A model generated the notes under the pieces. It ran no database searches. It saw only the letters and a program-made list of their open reading frames with translations, and had not been told where the DNA came from. The position numbers were made by a program, and so were the translations under genes. 64,000 bases of DNA. Source: Deltaproteobacteria bacterium (lineage in GTDB: Bacteria > Myxococcota_A > Polyangia > Fen-1088). Positions 1-7,985 of the stretch are shown here, piece after piece. Location of the stretch: assembly GCA_033763315.1 (NCBI GenBank), contig JANRKS010000032.1:128001-192000 (forward strand). Direction: 5' to 3'. Within the stretch, counting starts at the first letter, position 1; the number at the start of each line of letters is the position of its first letter.

Positions 1-2
1 CG

Positions 3-893
3 GAAGGCAAGCGCTCTGGCAACCCGGAGAAGGCCGAGCGCGCCACCAGGCCGATCAGCACTGTTCGTCACGATTATGACGATTTTCACAACGGTGGATT
101 CTTCGCGTTTGGCAAAGATGGCTTGCTTTACGCAGGGGTTGGAGACAGCGGAGAGGATGGCTACAAGCTCTACGGCGGTATGTCGAACATCCAAAAGCAG
201 ATCGTGGGCAAATGCCAAGATCCGAAGGAGAAGCTTTGCAAGATCTTGCGCATCAATGTCGACAAGCCCACCGAGCGACCTGCGGGTAACTGGGAAAACG
301 GCGACGTTCATGTTTGGGCGCTAGGCGTACGCAACCCGTTCCGCGGCAGCTTCGATCGTGTCACGGGCGATCTATATTTTGGCGATGTGGGCGAACACAC
401 TTGGGAAGAGATCAACTATGCCCCTGCGGGTAGCGCTGGCAAAAACTGGGGCTGGGCGCTGGCTGAAGGCAAACGGTGCTTTCCGTGGTTTCACAAGTTT
501 GCGTGCGACGCCACGAATGAGCTGCCACTCATCGATTACTTTCACGCTGGGGATGGGGTGACCACCGATCCGACGTCCTATATGACTATGGGCAAAGCCT
601 GCACGGGCGGCACGATGACGGATTGTTCACGAGCGGTGGTGGGTGGCTACGTCTATCGCGGCAAGAAAATTGCCGACCTGCAGGGCCGCTACATCTATGG
701 CGATCACGTTAAGAACACGATCTTCTCGACGGTGGTGAGCCAGGGCAAGCCCACATGTGACGTTGATTTGACGAGCGATTTGCGCGATCCCGCTTTGCCG
801 ATTCAAGGCATCACCAGTTTCGGCGAAGATGCCGATGGTGAACTTTACATCCTGGATCTGTTCGGCAACGTCTATCGCATCGAGCAAGAGTGA
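3..893 (+). CDS. PQQ-dependent glucose/sorbosone dehydrogenase (GSDH) family beta-propeller protein, 5'-truncated by window edge
   Basis: Frame is open from base 3 (…FHNGGFFAFGKDGLLYAGVGDSG). Motifs WALGVRNPFR, DVG..WEEIN, NWGW, GGYVYRG, YIYGD and ITSFGEDADGELY are typical of GSDH-family proteins. Confidence 0.85.
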   Translation, partial: EGKRSGNPEKAERATRPISTVRHDYDDFHNGGFFAFGKDGLLYAGVGDSGEDGYKLYGGMSNIQKQIVGKCQDPKEKLCKILRINVDKPTERPAGNWENGDVHVWALGVRNPFRGSFDRVTGDLYFGDVGEHTWEEINYAPAGSAGKNWGWALAEGKRCFPWFHKFACDATNELPLIDYFHAGDGVTTDPTSYMTMGKACTGGTMTDCSRAVVGGYVYRGKKIADLQGRYIYGDHVKNTIFSTVVSQGKPTCDVDLTSDLRDPALPIQGITSFGEDADGELYILDLFGNVYRIEQE

Positions 894-896
894 ACG

Positions 897-2378
897 TCAG
901 CGTGGGCCGGCGCCTGCAGGGAATAGGTTTCGCCCATTGGTGGCCGCCAACTCTTTGTAGAACGCCGCGGAGTCTTTGGCCGTGCGCTTGAACGTGCCAA
1001 AGTCAACGTGGAACAGGCCCATGCGTTGGTTGTAGCCGTGATCCCACTCGAAACTGTCGAGCAAAGACCAATAATGATAGCCACGGACTTGAACGCCTTC
1101 GTTGATCGCGCGTGAAAGCTCGCGCAAGAAGCGGGTGAGGTAATCCACCCGCTGGGGATCGTGAACGCCGCCATCAAGCGCCACCCAATCCGCGTTGCCA
1201 CAGCCGTTTTCCGTGATGAACAGCGGCTTCTTGTAGCGCTCCCAGAAGAACTTTGGCGTCCAATAAAGCCCCTGTGGGCACAGAAGCTGCTTGTTGATGA
1301 GCATTGGCTGGGCAGGCCCATCGGGAACCAAGGCTTCCCATCCCGGTGCCTTTGCGCTCGCCCGTATAGGCCGCGAGTTGTAAACGTTGATGCCGATGTA
1401 ATCCACGGGCTGCGCAATCAACTCCATATCGCCTGGCTTGATCACAGGCATGTCGGCGGGCCATTGCGATGCGAATTCTTCGGGATACTTGCCCAACAGC
1501 ACGGGATCCACGTACCACGCGTTGTTCCAGTGTTTGTTCGGTTCAACCAGGAACGTGCGCTTGCGCGCGGCTTCAATGTCAGCCTTGGTGTTTGCTGCTG
1601 GCCAAAAGGAGGCGCAACCAAACACAACACCAAGCGTTGGCGCGAGCTTCGCATGGGCTCGTACGGCTTGGCACCCTTTGCCGTGCGCGAGCAAAGCGTT
1701 GTGAACGGCGTTAAGATATTCGCCGAAGCTCACCTTGTGGCCCGGCGCGTATTCACCCGTAAGGTACCCCATGCCGATGAACACCTGGGGCTCTTCTATC
1801 GTAAGAAAGTTATGAACTCGATCACCCAACCGCTTGGTCACGAGCGATGCATAGTCGGCGAACCAGTCAACGATCTGGCGGTTGCGCCATCCTCCCTTTT
1901 GCTCTAGGGCCAGTGGCAACTCCCAGTGGTACAGCATCACGTAAGGATCTACGGACGCCCGCAACAGCTCGTCAACGAGCCTGTCGTAATGATCAAGCGC
2001 CTTCGCATTGACGGCGCCCGTGCCCTCCGGCATGACGCGTGGCCACGGCACCGAGAACCGGTAGCTCGGCAAGCCCAGCTGCTTCATCAATCCGACGTCT
2101 TCTTTCCACCTTCGATAGTGATCGGATCCGCCCGCGGGCGTGTGGTTGGCAAACGTCACGCCCGCGCGGCGGAAGTACGGTTGCCAGATGTCTTTTCCGC
2201 TGCCATCGGCTTCTAACGATCCTTCCACCTGTAAAGCGGCCGAAGCAGCTCCCCAGACAAAGCCCGTTGGAAACGGTGCCAGTGGCGGTGTGAAAGCCAG
2301 GCTGCGCGTGGGTGAGCACGCCAGCGCGGCGGTGGCAGCAAGACATTGTCGACGTGAGAGCACGGTTGGCTTGGTCAT
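897..2378 (-). CDS. Glycoside hydrolase family 1 (beta-glucosidase-like) with Tat-like signal peptide
   Basis: FPTGFVWGAASAALQVEG, DHYRRWKEDV, YRFSVPWPR, LYHWELP, nucleophile ITENG, WSLLDSFEW. N-terminal SRRQCL followed by an Ala-rich h-region. Acid/base motif reads TIEEP. Confidence 0.93.
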   Translation of the reverse strand: MTKPTVLSRRQCLAATAALACSPTRSLAFTPPLAPFPTGFVWGAASAALQVEGSLEADGSGKDIWQPYFRRAGVTFANHTPAGGSDHYRRWKEDVGLMKQLGLPSYRFSVPWPRVMPEGTGAVNAKALDHYDRLVDELLRASVDPYVMLYHWELPLALEQKGGWRNRQIVDWFADYASLVTKRLGDRVHNFLTIEEPQVFIGMGYLTGEYAPGHKVSFGEYLNAVHNALLAHGKGCQAVRAHAKLAPTLGVVFGCASFWPAANTKADIEAARKRTFLVEPNKHWNNAWYVDPVLLGKYPEEFASQWPADMPVIKPGDMELIAQPVDYIGINVYNSRPIRASAKAPGWEALVPDGPAQPMLINKQLLCPQGLYWTPKFFWERYKKPLFITENGCGNADWVALDGGVHDPQRVDYLTRFLRELSRAINEGVQVRGYHYWSLLDSFEWDHGYNQRMGLFHVDFGTFKRTAKDSAAFYKELAATNGRNLFPAGAGPR

Positions 2379-2568
2379 GAGGGTGGGTTCGGATTGTAAT
2401 CATTTGCGCAAGTTAGAGTCCGATCCATTCACGAGCGTTAAGTGCGAACCAACATAGGCACATCTTGACGCTTGTTAAGTGTTGTGGGCTCCGCTGTGCA
2501 TTCGGCTGTGACTGCTTTGAATGTAGCGACTAGCATCATGAACACACCCACCAACAAGGACTTTCGAC

Positions 2569-2958
2569 ATGCCATCTTTTCCGTCAGTCAAGATGTCCGT
2601 ACCGCCGCTTCAAGCGGGTCGCCGCCGTCGCTTCTCAGACGATGAAAAGCGCGCGCTTTTAACCGAAGCGTTCTTGAACCATGAGACGCTTTCCGAACTC
2701 GGGCGTCGCCACGGCATCGCCGTGGGGCTACTTTTCCGTTGGCAACGACGCCTCGGCGTTACGCGTCTTTCGGTGTGCGGTGACATGCCGAAGGCCCAGC
2801 GTGTCGCCACGCCGGCCGAACAGCGTCTCGCAGACCTCGAGCGCCAACTGAACGCGCTGTTGCAAGACAACTCGGCGTTGCAAGAGCGCTTGGCGCGGGT
2901 CGAGTCGCTCAACCGCGTTTTGCCTGCATCGGCCACGAGCAGCCAGCATTCGCACTAG
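2569..2958 (+). CDS. Transposase-type HTH (IS3 OrfA / IS66 TnpA-like) plus coiled-coil protein, with no catalytic partner
   Basis: RRRRFSDDEK…SELGRRHGIAVGLLFRWQR matches the HTH_Tnp_1 pattern. C-terminal heptad LADLERQLNALLQDNSALQERL. AAGGA SD at about 2556-2560. Confidence 0.65.
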   Translation: MPSFPSVKMSVPPLQAGRRRRFSDDEKRALLTEAFLNHETLSELGRRHGIAVGLLFRWQRRLGVTRLSVCGDMPKAQRVATPAEQRLADLERQLNALLQDNSALQERLARVESLNRVLPASATSSQHSH

Positions 2959-2993
2959 TCACATCCCTCTTTGTCTTCGCGTGGAGTTTAGCG

Positions 2994-4775
2994 ATGTCGA
3001 AACAGCTGACGAATTCAGGATTGATCGTTGTCAGGAAACTGTGGCCCGCCGCGGTCTTGATGCTTGCAGCGTGCTCTGGAACTGCGGGAAGCGAGGACGC
3101 TGCGGGTGGCGAAGGAGGTGAGGGCGGCGCCGGTTCAAGTGGCGGCAGCACCAGTTTGAAGCTGGATCGCGTGCCCGACGAGCCGCTCATTTGCAACGAC
3201 CCCGAATCGCTCAACGTCACCCGCTCGGCCTTCTCACGCCTAACGAACGCGCAGTACATCCGCACCTTGCGCGATCTCGCGGCGCCGATCGCGTTAGATG
3301 ATGATCTTGGCCTTCAGTTGCCGACGGAGACGGCGGACAAAAAGGGCTATCTCAACAATTTCGAACAGCAGGGGGCTCAGGCGCAGTTCGTTGAACAATA
3401 CGAACTCACCGCACGCAACGTTGCGAAGAAGATCACCTCGAGCCTCGGCAAGATCGGCGTCTCGGCGTGTGAGAACCCAAGCGGTGCCGCCGCTCAGACA
3501 GCCTGCGCGACGGCCTTCATCGAGTCCTTCGGTCTGCGCGCCTACCGTCGCCCGTTGTCGAACGACGAGAAGCAGAGCCTTAAGGCGCTCTACGACGCAT
3601 CCGCCACCACGTGGGGCTTCAGCGACGCGATGACGGTGCTCGCTTCCGCGATGTTGAGCGCGCCGCAGGTGCTCTACCTTGTGGAGCTTGGCAAAGACGA
3701 TGGCAAAGGCCTCAAGCTCACCGGATACGAAGTCGGCGCTCGCTTGTCGTATCTGTTCTGGGGCACCACGCCCGACGCTGACCTGTTGAATGCGGCCAAG
3801 GCAGGCAAACTCGACACGGCGAACGGCATCGTCGCCGAAGCCACCCGGCTCTTGGAAGATCCCAAAGCGCGCCGAGGGTTGTCTGAATTCAGCGCGCAGT
3901 GGCTTCGTTTTGCGAAACTATCGGTGGACTCCGCCGCTGTGAAGAAAGATAAGACGCGCTTTGCCGACTACACAGACGCCATGGGCAAAGCTTCGTTCGC
4001 AGGCCTGCAGGCTTTTGTCGAGGACGCCCTGTTCGGCGACGGCGGCGGTGTGCAAAAGCTGCTTGGCAGCAACAAGGCGTGGGTCAACGCTGCCAGTGCG
4101 CCGCTTTACGGGCTCAAGGCTTCGGGCGATGAGCTCAAGCCCGTCGATCTCGACCCAAAACAGCGCAAGGGCTTCCTAACCCAGGCCGCCGTCATGGCCG
4201 GCTTTTCACACGAGACGGTGCACGCGCCCGTTCAGCGTGGTGTGTTCGTGCTCGATCATTTGCTTTGCTCGCCTCCACCCACCCCCCCGCCCGGCGTGCC
4301 CGGGGCGCCACCTGCGGCCGCAACCGATGTAGAGACGACGCGGCAGAAATTCGTACGCGAACACGAGAGCAAACCTGATTGCAAAGCCTGCCACAAGCGC
4401 CTTGATGACGTGGGCTTCACGTTCGAGAACTATGATGCCCTCGGGCGTTGGCAAACCACAGAGACGGTGGGCTCACAAAAGAAGGTGTTGCCGATCGATG
4501 CCAGCGGCGCTTTGACCGACACATACGACGCAGACGGTGAATTCGCGAACGCCATCGAACTGATTGAGAAGATCTCGAAGAGCGAGCAAGTCGCCCAATG
4601 CTTTGTAAACAACTTCTTTCACTACGCTTTGGCTCGCGATCAGGTGCAAGAAGATGGCTGCACTTTGGCGGCGGCTGCCGATGAAGTGGTCAAGAACGAC
4701 GGCAGCTTCAAATCGCTTTTATTGGCCACCGTAAAGAGCAACCAGTTTCGGTACCGCGCTCCCATTGAGCAGTAA
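2994..4775 (+). CDS. DUF1587/1595/1592/1588/1585 (PSD) domain lipoprotein with CxxCH, copy 1
   Basis: Lipobox LAAC, Gly-rich linker, RLTNAQYIRTLRDL, RAYRRPL, RLSYLFWGTTPD, PVQRGVFV..LLC..PPP, CKACH, FENYDALGRW. Confidence 0.9.
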   Translation: MSKQLTNSGLIVVRKLWPAAVLMLAACSGTAGSEDAAGGEGGEGGAGSSGGSTSLKLDRVPDEPLICNDPESLNVTRSAFSRLTNAQYIRTLRDLAAPIALDDDLGLQLPTETADKKGYLNNFEQQGAQAQFVEQYELTARNVAKKITSSLGKIGVSACENPSGAAAQTACATAFIESFGLRAYRRPLSNDEKQSLKALYDASATTWGFSDAMTVLASAMLSAPQVLYLVELGKDDGKGLKLTGYEVGARLSYLFWGTTPDADLLNAAKAGKLDTANGIVAEATRLLEDPKARRGLSEFSAQWLRFAKLSVDSAAVKKDKTRFADYTDAMGKASFAGLQAFVEDALFGDGGGVQKLLGSNKAWVNAASAPLYGLKASGDELKPVDLDPKQRKGFLTQAAVMAGFSHETVHAPVQRGVFVLDHLLCSPPPTPPPGVPGAPPAAATDVETTRQKFVREHESKPDCKACHKRLDDVGFTFENYDALGRWQTTETVGSQKKVLPIDASGALTDTYDADGEFANAIELIEKISKSEQVAQCFVNNFFHYALARDQVQEDGCTLAAAADEVVKNDGSFKSLLLATVKSNQFRYRAPIEQ

Positions 4776-4786
4776 AGGAGTTTCCC

Positions 4787-6202
4787 ATGACCATGAACCG
4801 ACGTGATCTGGCCAAGGCTTTGGGGCTCGCGGGAGCCTCCCTATTTTTGCCCAACCTGCGCGTGGCGCGTGCGGCGAGCGGACCGCCGAAGCGTTTCGTG
4901 ATCTTTTATAGTCAACACGGCACCATGCCGTGGTTGTGGCGGCCGCAAGGAAGTGGCACCAATTTCACGCTGGGCCCGTTGCTGTCGCCGTTGGCGCCGT
5001 ACAAGCAAGATCTCATCCTGCTCGACGGGATCGACTTTAAGGGACTCAAAGGCCCTGGCAGCAAAGACGATCTGTCCTGCGGCCATGCGCGCGGCCAATC
5101 GAGTTCGCTTACGGCGAACATTCAGACGCAAGGTGCAACCGCCAAGGCGGGTGGCCCTTCAATCGATTACTACATCGCCGATGGCCTCAAGGCCGCCAAT
5201 GGTGGCAAACCGCCAACCGCCGTGCCCTTGGTGCAAGCCGCGATCGTTGAGCAGCGGCCAAACGTTCAAACCTGGGGGCAGCCCTATCAATCTGCGGCCG
5301 GTCAGACCGTGCTTCCTGAGCGGGACGCCTTAACCGTATATAAGCGTCTGTTCCCAAACGGAACGCCGCCCACGGGTGGATCGCCAAGCATGCCGGACAA
5401 AGAAACGCTGCAACGCAAGGCCACCCTTGAGTACTTGGAAAAGGAGTACAAGGTTGTGGAGCAGAAGCTGGGCAAGTTTGAACGCCAGCGGCTGGATCAA
5501 CATGTGACGCTGGTGACGGACCTCAAACAACGCATCGATTTGATGTCGGGCGGTGGCGGCGCTGGCGGTCCCCTTTCGGCGTGCAAAGCCCCCATGGGCG
5601 TCAAAGCCAATAAGGTGCAGAGCAACTATTACGATCCCTTGATCTGGGAAAACACGCGGCCCACAGTGCCGTTGCTGATGCAGGCAGCGTTTGCTTGCGA
5701 TATCACGCGCATCTTCGCCATTCACGTTGAGGATCCTCCGGGACGCCTCTACGGCGGCACCGCCGGATTCGCGTCGCCTCATGAGATGGTGCATGGGCTT
5801 GATGTGGGCTCCAAGAGTGGTCCTGTTGATCAAGCGACAAAGATGTACGGCGAGTTTACGAAGATCTACAAAGAAGTGTTGGATCTGTTAAGCGCGGTCA
5901 AAGAGTCTGACGGCAAATCGCTGCTTTATCACACGTGCGTGTTGTGGTGTGGCGAGTTGGCCCAACCCGGACACTCCACAGCCAATGCCAAATGGTTGAC
6001 CGCGGGACAGCTTGGCGGTTACCTAAAAACAGGTCAGGCACTTTCATACGATGGCGATGGCGTGCGTTTTGCCGATGGTGACAAAGGCGATGCCGTGCCG
6101 TCCAACGGTGATGTCTTTACGACGATCGCAAACGGCATGGGCGTGCCCACGAAAGCGTTCGGCGTCAACACCAAGGGCGAGCTGGCCGCTATGAAGGCCT
6201 AA
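4787..6202 (+). CDS. DUF1552 (HXXSHH-family) Tat-exported protein, copy 1
   Basis: MNRRDL Tat signal, PKRFVIFYSQHG, LSPLAPYK, GPSIDY, AFACDITR, HEMVH. AAGGAG SD, 11 nt after the DUF1592 stop. Confidence 0.9.
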   Translation: MTMNRRDLAKALGLAGASLFLPNLRVARAASGPPKRFVIFYSQHGTMPWLWRPQGSGTNFTLGPLLSPLAPYKQDLILLDGIDFKGLKGPGSKDDLSCGHARGQSSSLTANIQTQGATAKAGGPSIDYYIADGLKAANGGKPPTAVPLVQAAIVEQRPNVQTWGQPYQSAAGQTVLPERDALTVYKRLFPNGTPPTGGSPSMPDKETLQRKATLEYLEKEYKVVEQKLGKFERQRLDQHVTLVTDLKQRIDLMSGGGGAGGPLSACKAPMGVKANKVQSNYYDPLIWENTRPTVPLLMQAAFACDITRIFAIHVEDPPGRLYGGTAGFASPHEMVHGLDVGSKSGPVDQATKMYGEFTKIYKEVLDLLSAVKESDGKSLLYHTCVLWCGELAQPGHSTANAKWLTAGQLGGYLKTGQALSYDGDGVRFADGDKGDAVPSNGDVFTTIANGMGVPTKAFGVNTKGELAAMKA

Positions 6203-6230
6203 CTTCGCCTGAGGCAGCGCCGCATAGGAT

Positions 6231-7109
6231 TCATCGCATCTTCTTGCGGCTCTTGATGGCCACCGCGATTGCCTGTTCGGCAAGCGGTGCCATCACCGCG
6301 TACCCTTCGGCGTTGGGATGAAGACCATCGTAAGTGTAACGTGAATCGAAGTTGCCCTGCGCGTCCGTCAGCGCGTGCGCATAATCCAAGAAGACGTACT
6401 TGTGGGCTCGCGTAAAGTCTTTCAGCCACGCGTTGAGTTGGCTGTTCATGTTCACCCTGCGCGCCGACGGCGAGAACAACGGCTTGCCATCGGCGCCCTT
6501 GATTTCGCCTGAAACGGGCAGCAGAGAGGCCAGCACCACCGCGATGCCGTTGGCCCGCGCGAGATCTGCCATGCTGGCCAAGTTGTTTTGGATGTCTTGC
6601 AGTGTGGTGGGCCCTGTGTTGCCGCCAATGTCATTCGTGCCCGCCAAGATCACAACCGCTTGAGGCTTGTGTGCGATCACATCGGCTCGAAAGCGAACCA
6701 ACATCTGTGGCGTGGTCTGTCCCGAAATACCGCGGTTTATGTAGGGTTTTCCCGGAAAGAAGCCTCCCATGCGGGGCGACGACCAGTTGTCGGTGATGGA
6801 GTCCCCCATGAACACAACGCGCGTTTCACCCGCCTTGGCGCCTGGCACGCAGGCATTCGCGGCTGCGTAACGTGACAGGCGCGGCCAATCTTCCAGATTA
6901 AAAGTTGCGCACGCGAGTTGGGCGTTGGGTGTTGGCAGCGATTTGCATGCAGCCGACCACACCGGATAGATCCAATCGTTTGGTGTGCTTACATGTTGTC
7001 CAGGGTATCCGCCGTCGCTTGTTGTGCACGGGACCGCGTCTTGCGCGCGTGCTGATGAGTCCGCCACCAATGCAAGCAGTACGGCGATCAAACGGAGTGT
7101 TCGAAGCAT
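6231..7109 (-). CDS. Secreted SGNH/GDSL hydrolase (acetyl/acyl-esterase-like)
   Basis: VFMGDSITD, NRGISGQTT, ILAGTND, DGLHPN. Signal peptide MLRTLRLIAVLLALVADSSARA. Start moved to the ATG at 7109. Confidence 0.9.
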   Translation of the reverse strand: MLRTLRLIAVLLALVADSSARAQDAVPCTTSDGGYPGQHVSTPNDWIYPVWSAACKSLPTPNAQLACATFNLEDWPRLSRYAAANACVPGAKAGETRVVFMGDSITDNWSSPRMGGFFPGKPYINRGISGQTTPQMLVRFRADVIAHKPQAVVILAGTNDIGGNTGPTTLQDIQNNLASMADLARANGIAVVLASLLPVSGEIKGADGKPLFSPSARRVNMNSQLNAWLKDFTRAHKYVFLDYAHALTDAQGNFDSRYTYDGLHPNAEGYAVMAPLAEQAIAVAIKSRKKMR

Positions 7110-7240
7110 GTCGCTAACTTGCGCGTGCGTATGTGGGCTTGCAAGACCTAACCCTTTAGGCACAAACAAGCGTTATGACTATGGTCGATCCCCGTGAGCA
7201 ATATGTGGTGCGAATGGGATATTGTGATAGCTTTTGATAC

Positions 7241-7882
7241 ATGGCAAAAGCTGATGCGATCACCGTTCTCATCGCGGATGACCATTTCGTTGCGCGCGTG
7301 GGAATCAAAAGGTTCATCAACGCCCAGCCCAACATGCAAGTGGTGGCGATGGCTGCCAACGGCGAACAAGCCATCGCCGCGTATCGATCACACTTGCCCA
7401 CGGTTGTGGTGATGGACTTGCGCATGCAGACGCTCGATGGCGTGCGCGCCACGGTGGCGCTTCGCCACTTCGACAAAGATGCACGCGTCTTAATGTTATC
7501 GAGCTACGACAAACCGAGCGACATCCAACGCGCGCAAGAATCAGGCGCCTTGGGCTACATCACGAAGGAAGCGGATCCTTCTGAGCTTTTGCACGCCGTG
7601 CGCACGGTGGCGGAAGGACAAGGCTACATATCGCCACGACTGTCACCCTTGCTGGGCGGGCTGGGGCCAGCGGGGGGCCTTTCACCGCGCGAGGTGCGCA
7701 TCCTCGATATGATTTCAAGTGGGCAAAGCAGCCGTGACATCGCCGCCCAGATGAACCTCACACCTGGAACGATGCGCGTCTACGTCCATCAGATCATGGC
7801 AAAGATGGGCGTGTCAAACCGAGCGGCCGCGGTCTCCGCCGCCATTCGTGAGGGCATCATCACGTCAGTCCGTCAAGGCTAA
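7241..7882 (+). CDS. NarL/LuxR-family response regulator, copy 1
   Basis: REC domain (ADDH, MDLRM, GYITK) and LuxR HTH (LSPREVRIL…KMGVSNR). Confidence 0.95.
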   Translation: MAKADAITVLIADDHFVARVGIKRFINAQPNMQVVAMAANGEQAIAAYRSHLPTVVVMDLRMQTLDGVRATVALRHFDKDARVLMLSSYDKPSDIQRAQESGALGYITKEADPSELLHAVRTVAEGQGYISPRLSPLLGGLGPAGGLSPREVRILDMISSGQSSRDIAAQMNLTPGTMRVYVHQIMAKMGVSNRAAAVSAAIREGIITSVRQG

Positions 7883-7985
7883 GGGCCGCTACCAATGCAT
7901 GTCGCCTTTCGTGCCGGTGGCCTCCGACACCTTCCGCGCCGAGTTCGGCGTGGAGCGATGGCGCTGAACTTGGGATTGTGATCGC

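Noticed and set aside
2569-2958. Active IS element
   Set aside because: No DDE transposase, terminal inverted repeats or target duplication were found; kept only as an orphan HTH.
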